Assembly: GCF_041146345.1 (NCBI RefSeq)
Contig: NW_027191411.1
Location: forward strand, 496,001 to 560,000
Direction of reading: 5' to 3'
Origin: Neodothiora populina
Taxonomy: Eukaryota
Length of the DNA stretch: 64,000 bases
A program made the position numbers and the translations under genes. The notes under the pieces are model-generated. The model had not been told where the DNA came from. It searched no databases and saw nothing but the letters and a program-made list of their open reading frames with translations. This document shows positions 36,660 to 48,273 of this stretch, in pieces (the stretch's first letter is position 1; each line of letters opens with the position of its first letter).

Positions 36660-37985
36660 TCACGAGAGGTCGGCAAATCTAACCCTGGCTCGCTTCTCGT
36701 CAGGGCCGTGGGCAGGTGGGGTGGCGTTTCCTTCATCGCTTTTATTGTTAGCACCGAGCAAGTCCACCATACCCACTTGTCCGGAACCACCACCGCCGGC
36801 TAAGGAAGAGCGTCCACCACTGCCTCTCTTCTTCCTTCGATCGAAGCGCCGCTTTCTGTCTTCTTTAGCTTCGCGAGCCTTCCATTCGCTGACTTGACGC
36901 TTTCGGCCCTCTCTTCTCTTCCACTCGACGGCAGCCGAAGGGCGGAAACCGATACCGTTGATGCCTTCTCCGTCGTCGTCTTTGTTCTGTAAAGGGTCCC
37001 ACAAGTGACCTGTAATCTCTGATTCCTGCCATGTCATTGAAGCATCATCTGATGCCGAGCTTCTCTGTGGGGAAGAAGCAGAAGATACTGTAGACTCGAA
37101 GGTTGACAGGACTGGGACAATATTGGTGGGAGACGAGGGAGCAGCTGCAGTGGATGGCGGAGGAGATTTGCGTTTCTTGGATGGCGAAAATGGAGAAATG
37201 CTCTGCTGTCTCGAAGGTAAAGTCGGGAGTGAGAACATCTTGGCGGTCGCATTTGCAATCAAGGGTCCTGTGACGGGTTCTTCTCCGGGGGAAGTCAGAG
37301 GGGTAGGTGGTGGAGGAGCGGTGATGGGTACAGTCGACGGTTTGGAGAATCTGCGTCCTTGTGGTGGTGCAGGTAGGCCCTCCATTTCCATATCACACCC
37401 CGAGCTGACGCTGCGTCTGTTGCCGTGACTTTCGGATGCTTGGCCGATCCTTCCATGGTGTGCGTATCTAGGAGTGGGTGCGCTCCGGCCTCGACGGCGG
37501 GAAGGTGAGAGAGTCAAGGTCACGTTCTCTTCATTGGAGCCATCGTTGGAGGCATGGCAGCCATCTAGGTTCAACGGACTTGGACTCGGACTCGGGCTCA
37601 TCGGCGGCGACGAGGGAAGTCGAGTGGAGAAAGATTTGTATGCCCCGGGAGTCTCGCCAATCTCAAAGACACCCTGCATTTCATTGACTGGTGAGAGATC
37701 CTTGGGAGGAGTCGCCATTGCTATTGCGCTGTCCACGACAAGATCACCGTCGTCATCGTTGGGAGAGGAAGATGTATAGATTGCGGTAGAGATGCCATTA
37801 CGATTGGGCAACTGCCTTCTCTTGGAAGCATGAGAACAGGAAGGAGCGTCTTGGATCTGCAGTTGACCAAAATTCTCGGCGACTCTGGAACGCGGACTTT
37901 GCGGCTCGCCCTGTGGTGCTGCATCCATGACGATTGTGTCGAGCACCGGCAACACGCTGGTGGTCCGCTTACGCTTGGGCGACAT
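36660..37985 (-). CDS. Conserved fungal hypothetical protein, Pro/Ser-rich with basic C-terminal motif
   Basis: Starts MSPKRKR (NLS-like). The C-terminal block MTWQESEITGH...DDDGEGINGIGFRPS...RKRQVSEWKAREAKEDR resembles a family I recall from Pezizomycotina; ends in RVRF. Confidence 0.8.
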   Translation of the reverse strand: MSPKRKRTTSVLPVLDTIVMDAAPQGEPQSPRSRVAENFGQLQIQDAPSCSHASKRRQLPNRNGISTAIYTSSSPNDDDGDLVVDSAIAMATPPKDLSPVNEMQGVFEIGETPGAYKSFSTRLPSSPPMSPSPSPSPLNLDGCHASNDGSNEENVTLTLSPSRRRGRSAPTPRYAHHGRIGQASESHGNRRSVSSGCDMEMEGLPAPPQGRRFSKPSTVPITAPPPPTPLTSPGEEPVTGPLIANATAKMFSLPTLPSRQQSISPFSPSKKRKSPPPSTAAAPSSPTNIVPVLSTFESTVSSASSPQRSSASDDASMTWQESEITGHLWDPLQNKDDDGEGINGIGFRPSAAVEWKRREGRKRQVSEWKAREAKEDRKRRFDRRKKRGSGGRSSLAGGGGSGQVGMVDLLGANNKSDEGNATPPAHGPDEKRARVRFADLS

Positions 37986-38147
37986 GTTAAGTGAGTTCAA
38001 GAACAATCCGTAGTGGATATCCAGACCTTCACTCGACCATCGTATATCGAGACGTCGATGCGAGGTCGATAAGGGCTTGAAGCCAGTGCAAAACCGTTGG
38101 ATGATGGCATTCGGTGTGTATCAAGCACCTTCCCACAGATAAGGTAC

Positions 38148-38189
38148 TGTACAACAACGAGCCTCACCAGCGGGGCTCGTTGTTGTACA
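38148..38189. repeat. Perfect 16-bp inverted repeat (hairpin) with 10-nt loop
   Basis: TGTACAACAACGAGCC (38148-38163) and GGCTCGTTGTTGTACA (38174-38189). Confidence 0.9.
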
Positions 38190-39294
38190 AGGTCGAACCT
38201 TAATTCGTCAGCTTGGACCCTGCCCCGTCGATCACATGGACGGCAGCAGGATAAGTAGAGACACTGAACAGGCAGTGAATGCGGTACAGTCGCTGGCGGC
38301 GATGTTGAGTCGAAGCTGGCCCACCTGCACTGAAGCAAGGTCCGCAGGCAAGCGACACACTCTTGGTGAGTGTCATAAGTGTCGACTGAGAAAGGGAATC
38401 CATGTACAGTCTCAACAAGACCTTTTCTTGCTCGAGATATTTGTTGTATTTGTGATGGTCAGTGGGCGATCTCGGACGCAGAGTAAGGTATTCTTTTCTT
38501 CCCCCACATGTGAATCCCAAATAGAACATCCGCCTCGAGATTAGCGTCTGGGCTGCGGGTGCTTTGTGGCGCGGCATATTCGGATTACTCTGGATTGCTC
38601 CGTCAGCGTCATTGTCTACGTTCGTACCTTTGCCAGAAGACAGAGGCTAGGCAGCAGCTGATTGGACGATGGCGTCAAAGCGTCGTCGAAAGGGACTGCG
38701 CCGTGAGACAAGTTCGAATTGAGATTTCGAGATTGTCTGTCTGTCTGTCTGTGAGAATAACGAGTCAAAGAGTGAATAATGGATGAGGTCAAGTCGACCT
38801 CAAGGCTAGGTACAAGTACATTGCATCACTTAACACTGTACAAGCACAAGCACAAGCAGAAGCGGTGGTGCGGTGCCACGGCAGCGCGGCGGTTGAAGCA
38901 AGTTTCAGCGGCTGACACAATCATTTACTCTTCTACTACTGTACTGTGTCTGGTACCCTAATCATATACAACGGAATCCATCTTAGTTGTAACTCTCCAT
39001 CTTGATCTTGCCCTCTCTCTGCCCTTTTCCTGTGAATATCGTCCGACAAATCCTCCTAAACCACGCCTTTCTGTTGTTTCTTTTCCTTTCTTACGATACC
39101 CCCTCCTCTATCTCCCATTCTCCCACTTTTAATACTTTTCTTCTCTTTACATCCTCGTTCCCATCGGCTTCGTGCGCCACTCACCTTCCCGACACAGCGA
39201 TCGTCCCCCTGCCTCGTCCAGCCCGACTTGACGACAACCATCACCGTCTCCAACATCATCACCGCAACACAAATACATCATAACAACTAGCACC

Positions 39295-40534
39295 ATGTAT
39301 TTTGGTAATTACGAGAGGGTATGCGCATTTTCAACCGTCGCAATCACCATACAGGAACACCACTAATCCTTACTTGCACAGCTGCCAGCGACCGACACCG
39401 ACGACGTCAGCCCTCGTTCGCCGTCGCGCCCCTTCCCTCCCACTTCGGCAGACCAGGCTCAGCCCCAATCCCAGTCCTCCATCCCTGATTCGCCACCTCC
39501 ATCATTCCGCTCTCGCGTATCCTCACGGCGAACATCATCAGAACAGCAGCGTCTCCACAACGAAGAGCACGACCGCGACCTCGACGATGCCTTTGCCGCC
39601 CCTTCCGACGATGAATCAGACAATGACGACCAAGATGCCGCAAGCAGCCGCCGTCTAGTTCGAAGCGACGACCGGGCTGAGTCGACCACCTCTGGACATG
39701 GAGAGGGCACCGTCAACGGAAGGAGTATCGACAGGAGAGTCACCGAGATCAACATGTTTATGCCTGGCGCGAGTCAAGGAGGAGCACCTAGAGTCTACGG
39801 CGGCGGTCAATCGACAAATGATGGAGTTTTCGCCAACATCTCGGCAAAGCCGACGCCAGGAGAGGAGCTGGAGGAGAAGCCACCGGTATGTTTTGAACGC
39901 AGCCTTTTCTTGTGATCGCCGCCTACTTACTAATCACCCACAGACGTACGAACAAGCTGCCGCAGACGCAACCCCTCCTTATTGGGAAACCACCATCCTC
40001 GCACCGGGCGCATTCAACAGCGACGATGTTTTCGTCGACGGTCTTGTCGTCGGGTCGCTCTTTTCTTTTGTCTGGAACGCTCTCATCAGCATGTCTTTCC
40101 AGCTCATCGGCTTCCTTCTTACCTACCTACTCCACACTACTCATGCCGCCAAGCACGGCTCGCGTGCCGGTCTCGGAATCACGTTGATTCAATACGGTTT
40201 CACCTTCCGAGCAGCAGGCTCTGACCCTGTAGACACGACTCCTGGCGTGCCTGGTAACACCGATCCTTCTGGAAGCATGCCTTCGGACCCCAACGACCAC
40301 GACTTCGATCCTGGCATGCTGAATGGCGGTGGCGCTGGTGTTGTCGACACAGGAATCTCGACCAGTGACTGGATATCTTACGCTCTGATGATTGCTGGCT
40401 GGTTCATTCTCATCCGCGCTGTCAGTGATTTTATCCGAGCGCGGAGACAAGAGGAGATGGTGAGAGCCAGTCCAGACCGGGGTCTCGGCGTGGCAGTCAT
40501 CGCCGAGAACGAGCGACCAGAGACGGCGGTTTAG
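39295..40534 (+). CDS. BSD2: Metal homeostasis protein BSD2 (Rsp5 adaptor, DUF2370); exons 39295-39318, 39382-39885, 39944-40534
   Basis: Spliced protein contains PDSPPPSFRSR, NDGVFANISAKP, EEKPPTYEQAAADATPPYWETTI (PY motif) and VGSLFSFVWNALISMSFQLIGFLLTYLLHTTHAAKHGSRAGLG. Both introns have CTAAT branch sites. Confidence 0.94.
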
Positions 40535-41156
40535 GGGTTTTTGTTCTTCATGTCGTTACAGCTGCACTGCCGAGAAAGCGAGCAAGTCAAGCGAGTGGAC
40601 ACTGTTTACTACTTTCTACACTATTGGAATGAAATTGTCTTACCGGAACATTTATGGAACACGCAACCTTCGAACGCGCTTTGGAGTTTTTCTTTCTTTT
40701 CTTTTTGCCCGTCCCGAGTATAGTCGGGGGGAAGTCCTTATACCACTCATCACACCCCCTCCATTGTTTATGCCGGGTCCTTTCTGTCGATCTTGTCCTC
40801 GAGCGATTCTTTCTTTTTCCTTTTCTTTTCCAGACTGGCGTAGTAGAGACGCACGAGGGTTGCATAGGTTAGCTCTGTAGTCGCGCCATGCGTAAGCTCA
40901 CTCGAGTGTTCTTAATCAACACTACATCGCATAACTTGTCATAACCGTGTTGTAATCTATAACTAGCCCCTTCTCTTGCCCTCAATTTCTCTCATATAGA
41001 CAGTACGGCATCATACCGACATTATTATGTGCAAGGGATGAAAGTCATGATGGACGCATACCTCGAACCAGTCGAGTAATGTGATGTGAAGGCTCAGGCA
41101 AGCTACAGTACGTTGAAAGGTAGGACACTCGGTCAAAGCTATGTAGACCGTGAACA

Positions 41157-41238
41157 CGTGTAGTGATAGCCGTGTAGTGATAGCCGTGTAGTGATAGACG
41201 TGTAGTGATAGACGTGTAGTGATAGACGTGCGTGATAG
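41157..41238. repeat. Minisatellite: five copies of CGTGTAGTGATAG(C/A) plus one degenerate copy
   Basis: Read directly; 14-bp period; every unit contains TGATAG. Confidence 0.95.
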
Positions 41239-41929
41239 TAAGGTGAAGTATACTCGGTGACTACAAAGATACACTATGGTGATACACCGCTTCATTATTT
41301 TATGTTCCACCATATATAACCTCTGCGTACTTTCACAAAACGACAGACCCGCCTACTCCAGCCTGACCGGACAGAAGGCATGCTTCGCCCCTCTCTCGAT
41401 ACAATCCATCATCATGGTGTGAGCCAGAAGCAAAGCCAGCGAACAAACAACCGAGAAAGCGAGATAAAAGCCCGCCACTATCTAGGTGGGCAACCATATC
41501 TTATCGAATGCGGCTAGCAACGCTTCGAAGCGGGGGAGCACGAGTGGGGTGGGTAGATAAGGCTCACGGCACTTACTTCATGTGCTCGGGGACTGGATTT
41601 GTGATATCACTGCTGGGGATTAATGGAGCTAGCAGGTAGATACTGTATGTGCTGCTTGAGGAACGGTGGTAGTATCTGGTTTAGGAGGGGAGATAAGGGC
41701 CGTATGACATGACATGATATGTTGGTGATGATGTTGTGTCTACTTGACTTTGTTTCTTGTTTCCATTGCCAGATTTTGAGATCACGGTCTGTTTGGTCTA
41801 TGGTTTAATCAAGTAGTCTTCTTTTCGAAGAACAAGAAGGATACATGCTCTTTCATCTATAGAGTTTTTTGTTTCCTTGTAGAGATAAGCCCCGTCGCTA
41901 AACCCTCGAACCATATCAGTCATCCTCGC

Positions 41930-43360
41930 ATGATAGCAATGGATACAAGCACAACAACAACAACAACGACCCGGAGCCATGTCCTCCCAACCTACACAAG
42001 GACTCTCTTCTCAGAGTCCCTCTCGCGAGTCTACAAATCCGAAGTGTCGCTCTACAGCGACCTCGTCGACGTCGTGCAACAAGTCAACAAATCCACCCTG
42101 GCCAACAACCATTCCCTAGCAGAAGCCCTGAGCCGCAAACACGAATTGAACAGACTCGACCTCGAGCGCCATGGAGCCATCAGATTGGGCTCTCCAGAGG
42201 AGCTTTCCATCATGGCGAGGTTTCTGGGCACAATGGGCATGGTAGCCGTAGGATACTATGATTTGACACAAGCCGGTCTGCCAATCCACGCTGCCTGTTT
42301 CCGCACGACAGACCTCACGGAGCTGGCGGAGAACCCTCTGCGGCTGTTCGTGTCGTTGTTGAAGCGAGAGCATATCAGTGCCGAGCTAAGCCCAGTCGTC
42401 CGAGAAATCCTGGGTAAACGCAACATCTTCAGTCCGCGGGTCGAGCAACTCATAAGCATCAGCGAAAGCCACGGCGGGCTGACACAAGAGGAAGCGAACG
42501 AGCTCGTCACAGAAGGCGTACAGACGTTCCGATGGAGAAGCCAGACGACAGTCCCGCGGGCGATCTACGAAGCATTACTGGACGAAAACCCCATCCTGGC
42601 CGACATCGTCGCGTTTCAAGGCCCGCATATCAATCACTTGACGCCTCGGGCACTAGACATCGACGCCGTGCAAGCGTGTATGCGACGAGTCGGCCTACCT
42701 GCGAAACAATCCATCGAAGGCCCTCCGAAACGGCATAATCCCATCTTGCTGCGTCAGACGAGCTACTACGCCCAGCGCGAGCACATCGTCTTCGCCGACG
42801 AAACAACCGGGTTCCACACGGCTCGCTTCGGAGAAATCGAAGAGCGAGGCGCGGCGCTGACGCCGAAAGGTAGAGCACTATACGACGCATTGCTCGAGTC
42901 GGCGACGGCGAAAGGCATCACCGCCGAAGACGAAGACGCATACGCCTTGCATTTCGCGCAGTTCCCCGACGACTGGGAAGTGTTGCGGAGCGCAGGCCTG
43001 GTCTGGGTGCAGTATTCCATCCTCGACCACGCCAAGGCACAAAGCTTCACAGCCAGACGCCCGCCGACGCTCGAAGGCCTCGTCGAAGAAGGAATCGTGG
43101 GCTGCGAACCCATCATCTACGAGGACTTTCTTCCCATTTCCGCCGCGGGGATTTTTCAGAGTAACCTCAAAGACTCTGGAAAGACAAACTCACGACGGCC
43201 TTCTAGAATCCTCGAAGCTGAGGTCGGAGGCAGATCGGACTTCGCCGAAGCGCTCGGCGGACCCATCTTGGATGAGATGGAGTTGTATGAAGCGGTCCAG
43301 GAGGCTAGTATTGCGTTGGTGTGGAAGGAGTTGGGACATATGGCTGTAAGTCATCTTTAG
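41930..43360 (+). CDS. hglS: YdcJ/HglS-type DUF1338 2-oxoadipate dioxygenase/decarboxylase (D-2-hydroxyglutarate synthase)
   Basis: ERHGAIRLG, MGMVAVGYYDL, HINHLTPR, IEGPPKR..PILLRQTS, HTARFGEIEERGAALTPKGRALYD and YEDFLPISAAGIFQSNL. The His/His/Glu metal ligands appear intact. Intronless. Confidence 0.9.
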   Translation: MIAMDTSTTTTTTTRSHVLPTYTRTLFSESLSRVYKSEVSLYSDLVDVVQQVNKSTLANNHSLAEALSRKHELNRLDLERHGAIRLGSPEELSIMARFLGTMGMVAVGYYDLTQAGLPIHAACFRTTDLTELAENPLRLFVSLLKREHISAELSPVVREILGKRNIFSPRVEQLISISESHGGLTQEEANELVTEGVQTFRWRSQTTVPRAIYEALLDENPILADIVAFQGPHINHLTPRALDIDAVQACMRRVGLPAKQSIEGPPKRHNPILLRQTSYYAQREHIVFADETTGFHTARFGEIEERGAALTPKGRALYDALLESATAKGITAEDEDAYALHFAQFPDDWEVLRSAGLVWVQYSILDHAKAQSFTARRPPTLEGLVEEGIVGCEPIIYEDFLPISAAGIFQSNLKDSGKTNSRRPSRILEAEVGGRSDFAEALGGPILDEMELYEAVQEASIALVWKELGHMAVSHL

Positions 43361-43868
43361 AGGTTCGGTCAATTGTAGCCGTGTGAGTGGGAGTTTGGTT
43401 CGTAGGCATGTCCAGCATGATGCTCTGTTGGTAATACATGAGTTTTATGATTTTGTCTTGTACACACACATCAATTGTTACGAAGATGCTTGCACTCGGC
43501 CACGCCATGACTGCTGATGATATGTTGCCACGTCATCTCAGGTGTGGAGTAGGCACCTTACAAACATTGCTCTGAAAAGCTGCTATAATTTCAGTGTCAG
43601 CGTGTAGAATTGGTAGAAAGTACAGGGGTAAACGTCGCCATGACGCGAAGGGTTACCCGCGGATCCATAGGCATATTCAGTCGGAAGTCCATGTTTCAAT
43701 GTCACGACATCGTTCTTCCGAACAGCCACGCAAGGGTGCATGGATATCACACATTCCAGTATAAAATCTAGTAGTCAGCTGAACCGTCTGAATGGCGCGC
43801 CGCATCTTCGATTTTGTCCTGTCATTAGCTATAAAAAAATTCTTTATACACATCACAGAAAAAAACGC

Positions 43869-46172
43869 CTATGAAATGGCGCTCGCGTTCGCTCCCGTAG
43901 CAGCCTTGTTGAATCCTCCTCCAGACGCCTCCTTGGCCTTTTTGGCAACATGTCTTTCGCGCGCCAATTGCAGCGCCGTCTTCTTGGGCTTTTGTTGTTC
44001 CTCAGCACCATTCTGTCTTTGCGCTGTTTCGGGCGTGTGTTCGCCATTCCTCGTCTGCTTCCTCGCTGACCTCACAGACTTGTTCTTGTCGACTTCGGAA
44101 AAGCTCTGGAATCCGTCGTTGCTTGCCTTGATCTTAGACTGCTTGATCCATTCGCCTCGTTTTCGCTTGTAGAGATCCATTTTCCAGTTTTTCCATACTG
44201 CGCGACCACAGGGTGAGTCGCGCAACGCGGGCTCGTCCTCGGCTAGTTCCTCTGCTATACGTTCGCGGATGAACGCAAGACCGTGGGTGCCATCCCAGAT
44301 GGCGTCCACTACACGAGAGGCTGATTTCTCGAGGGCCATCTCCCCAATGTTGCCATAGAATAGCTGGATCAACTTTCGCCGTGAGATGACGGTTGCATTT
44401 GGAGACGACATTGCTGCCTGCAAGGTGCGTGAAATGATTGGATCGCGAGACATAGCCAGCAATGACTCGGGGGAGAGGGTGACCAAGCTATCGAAGACCA
44501 GTGAGCTCAGGGCGCCCGGCACATCTATCATCTCTTGGGCCAGAAGTGATCCTTGAAGGCGGGCGCCAGTGTTACGGGACGGATCCTGTGCCGCTTGGCG
44601 GGGCGCTTGAACTTCGCCATCGATACCATTACTATCGCCGTTCACAGGGGCTGGAAGCTCAATCTCAGAGACATGAAGGAGCGCTCTGATGTCGAAGCCA
44701 CCATCGGCGGTCTTGTAAGCCTCTGCGAGCTGACTAGCGAGCGACCTAGTGTCAATCTCTCGCACTTGACAGCGCTGCATCAGTGTTTTGATGACGCCGA
44801 ATCGGCTACGCTCAACCAGAGCGGGAATGGTAGGTAAAATCTGCTCGTGGGCGGCATACAAGTCGTCTTTGCTCAACCTCTCGAGCACCTTGCATACAAC
44901 ATAACCAGCAATTTCATTTCTCGCCAACGAAGCCATGCGATCCTTTAATAACCCCTTGTACAAGCTCTTGAACATCTTTCCAGGCGCGTTCTCGACAATT
45001 GCTTCCACAAGATGGGATCCTATGGGATCGTAGATTATACCATTGATGAACGTCGCACTGTCGGACTCGGGAGTGATGGGGTCGTCGGGTAGTAAAGTGC
45101 GCAAAATTGAAGTTTCCTCCTTGGCCTTCTGCTTTCCAAAATGGTTGAGCTCGAGCTTGATGAGCAATTGTAGAGTGGGGTTTCCAACTTGATGTGTCGC
45201 CAGAGCCCGCAGGCTTGTTGTATCTAGACCGGCGACACTCGAGCTCATAAGGGTTTGTAGCGCTTCAGTGAACGAATCCGGGACAGCTCTTTTGACCTGT
45301 TGCTCTTCGCCAAGTTGGCTTTCTCCGTGCACAGAAACATGCTCTTTCTTCTTGCTCTGCAGCAGAGACTTTGCTTCAACCAGGGGTTCACCAGCGAAGA
45401 CAAGGAGGAGCACGCGCAAGGCGTGTGAGGCGAAGCGGTCAGTCATGAGAAATCCGATGTTTCCTTCCAGCTCTCCGATGGTGTATAAGAAAAGGTTCTC
45501 CATCGAGACATAGACATCGCCGTTTGCCATCTCCTCTGCTCCAACACTAGGCGGTGCAAGCAATTCCTTGGTAACAAAAGGTGCAGCTCGGATGAACAGC
45601 TTCTCACAGCAATGAGAAGCAAAACGGTGCTGTATCAGGTGCATGAAGCTGAGCGACTGTTAGCATATAGATACAAGAGATATAACACAGAGCATAACTG
45701 TTCTTCGGACTTACTTTCCACTAAATGTTTGAAATAGCGTCTTCAGCTGCGAGGGAGAAGACAATTGGATCAAGCGCTCCATCAGTCTGGAACATGACTG
45801 ACTGTTGGCAATCTTGAGTTCTTTGCCTTCGGCTTCACGGTACACGTTGGCCAGGAATAAAGAGCGCTCGGTCGGGTCGGCAAAGTTGTTCATTTCCAGC
45901 ATCTCGTCTGCACGTTTGAAGTACTCCTGCTCTTCCTCGTCGAGCATACCGAAGAACGGCAGTTCTGGCCTCTGTTCGTATCCATTGCCTTCTCCAGATG
46001 CCTTGTAGGCGTCCTCTTGCGCATCAAGAGCGACGAATCCTTCTTGCTCGGCGAAGTCTGGGTCAGAAACTCGTTGTCGTTTAGCCGCGTCGAATTCTTC
46101 CCCTTCCGTCTCTTCCAATTTTCTCTTCTTCTCCTCGGCACGACGGCCACGCTTCTTATTTTCACGAGGCAT
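43869..46172 (-). CDS. NOP9: Nucleolar protein 9 (Pumilio-like repeats); exons 46172-45715, 45648-43869
   Basis: MPRENKKRGRR, FFGMLDEEEQEYF, GKELKIANSQSCSRLMERLI, HRFASHCCE and GRAVWKNWKMDLYKR. Intron GTAAGT...GCTAAC...CAG at 45714-45649. Confidence 0.95.
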
Positions 46173-47700
46173 TATAGATCGGGCCAAGAAAAGAAAGGAA
46201 GAAGCAAAAAATTTAGACGGACAACAAAGAAAGAAAGACAAATAGAGCACAAGAGCGAGACGTTGCCCGTTGATGCTGGGATGGTGTACAACGGCAAGCA
46301 AGGTCGATAGGCCGGAGCGGGAAATAAGTAGATAGTGAACTGCTTACCATGTTCTGCACATATCAAGCAGACCAAAAGTAAAATGTCACTCAAGCCGCTC
46401 GACTTTTCCACAAAAAAAATCCCGGCGATGCCAAGCCTTCCAATATAAGGTACATAACGCTACAGAACAGGATTCAGAATCTGTCCAGATCGCGCGGGGC
46501 GGCAGCCGCCCCACCCTTCGACGTGGCAAGCGACATGGGTGGAACCACATTGCTGCAGTATAGACCACGACTCAAGACCTGGTTCTAGCCGTGGTTAGTG
46601 GAATCTTGTCAGGGAGATATTGGATTCGACTCGACTCACCTGAGATACTGCTACCTGATACCAATGTCTTCATATGTAGAGTCATGTAGTCGAGTGACGG
46701 ATCGAATATGCGACCTTGCAGCAATCTATCGCACAACTGATGGCACCTGCATCTTGTACGACCCGATTGTGGATCAAGATCCGATCGAGATGCATCTGAC
46801 AGATGGGACAGTGACATGTGGGTGTTTGGGACGTAGCCGAGATCTGCTGCTCCGGCTTCAGCTCCAGCTACAGTGGGCAAACAATCTTGTCTCGCGGCAC
46901 TCTCTCCGCTACCTGCCCCTGTTCCAAACTCAAAGAAGCATTGGCACGCTCATCCTCTTGTCACCAAACTCATCTCTCTCTATCTCAATTGTTGCCTGCT
47001 ACAAGACATCCATGTATTTGTGGCTGTTGTGGAAAGACAACGAGGTCCGGACAGTTGCACCGCGACGGCGTTGCGTAGATAGTCCGTGTCCTAGGATAGT
47101 CGGCTGTTTCAGCTTTCCTGCAGCTCTCTGCTGCAAGATCGATCGCCGCTGCTGCCGCCCCATCTGCTCGATCGACGCGATGCCAACGTGACTCGTGCAG
47201 ATCTTGTCAGACTCTGGCGCTGTTAGTGTATTTAGTTGGCAGAGTATCGAAGAACCTAGTCTACAGCTTACTCCTGTTTAGTACGTATCTCTCTACTAAG
47301 AAAGAAGCCTTGCTACACGTCTATTGTATGCGAGGGTGCCACGTGTATCTTCGGAATATAGGCCAGCTATTTGCGGACTCTTCTACTGTACTTCTACATC
47401 GCGGATTCTACATCTGGACGGCCAAAGGGCGACATTGCCCCACAAGTCGGCATTGCTACTACTACATTAGCCTTGCATTGAAGCCTCCGTGTCTGATTTC
47501 TTGTTATATATTTACGAGCTTCCGCTGCATAAGTGGGCCTGTAAGCAACACACGTGTCAGCGTCCGAATCAGCTCATCCGATGATTGCTATCACATCCAT
47601 GTTGGCATCCGTATTGGCGTTGGCATCAAGCTTGAAAAGCAACAGCAGCAGGATTGGGCACTTCAAAGCGTTGTTCATCTGCCCCACCACACCATAACCC

Positions 47701-48273
47701 ATGGCTGGCACACTCACGTTCGAGCCGTCGGAAGTGGCTGAAGATCCATCAGAAAAAGCTATTCACAAGATTGTCGTTGGCGCTTTGGCACCTACCAGAG
47801 CGTTCGCTTCAGGTAGGCAGAAGCATACTACAACACCATCAGCTTTGACCAACTCGTGGGTAATCCAGCTTGTGCAGACGGAGAATCGGTCGCTTAGATT
47901 GACACCCGCACCTTCTCGTCCTGGTGCAGCTCCCGTTTCCTTGGTCGTCAGCGCCTGTGATAATGCGGTTCCGTCTGATCTGGTGAGAACGTTTGCAATG
48001 CATGTCAAGTCCGGTGTCACACTCGAGACAATTCTGCATACCATCATATACGGTCGATTCCTATCATATCGCTTCGATGCTACAGGTCATGGATCGCGCT
48101 ATTGGATCTCTCGCTTCCTCAGCTTCCTGAGTGAGATCGGCGTCGTCCCTTCTGCATCTCATATACTTGCGGCTCAGATGTATCTTCAACAAGTCTGGCT
48201 TCCAGGCGCTATGCTCGCCAACGAGGCGCAGCAAACACACTTCGTTCCAGGAGATTTCTTCGAGGGATCGTGA
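47701..48273 (+). CDS. Small fungal protein resembling the DUF7770 (NHW...GCR.W) family
   Basis: TNSWVIQL...SLRL...LVVS...TL..IL..I....Y.F...G.GSRYWI...L...G pattern. Family assignment is from recall. Confidence 0.65.
   Translation: MAGTLTFEPSEVAEDPSEKAIHKIVVGALAPTRAFASGRQKHTTTPSALTNSWVIQLVQTENRSLRLTPAPSRPGAAPVSLVVSACDNAVPSDLVRTFAMHVKSGVTLETILHTIIYGRFLSYRFDATGHGSRYWISRFLSFLSEIGVVPSASHILAAQMYLQQVWLPGAMLANEAQQTHFVPGDFFEGS

Noticed and set aside
38020..38032. GAAGGTCTG on the minus strand resembling RNase P CR-I
   Set aside because: No matching CR-V/P4 partner was found downstream, and the sequence runs straight into a coding region.
41157..41238. Regular short repeats resembling a CRISPR array
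   Set aside because: Units are directly adjacent with no unique spacers, there are no cas genes, and the context is eukaryotic; it is a minisatellite.
46598..47741. ORFs of 197 aa and 171 aa between NOP9 and the DUF7770-like gene
   Set aside because: Non-ATG starts, atypical Cys/Leu/Arg-rich composition and no motifs; likely promoter or UTR sequence.
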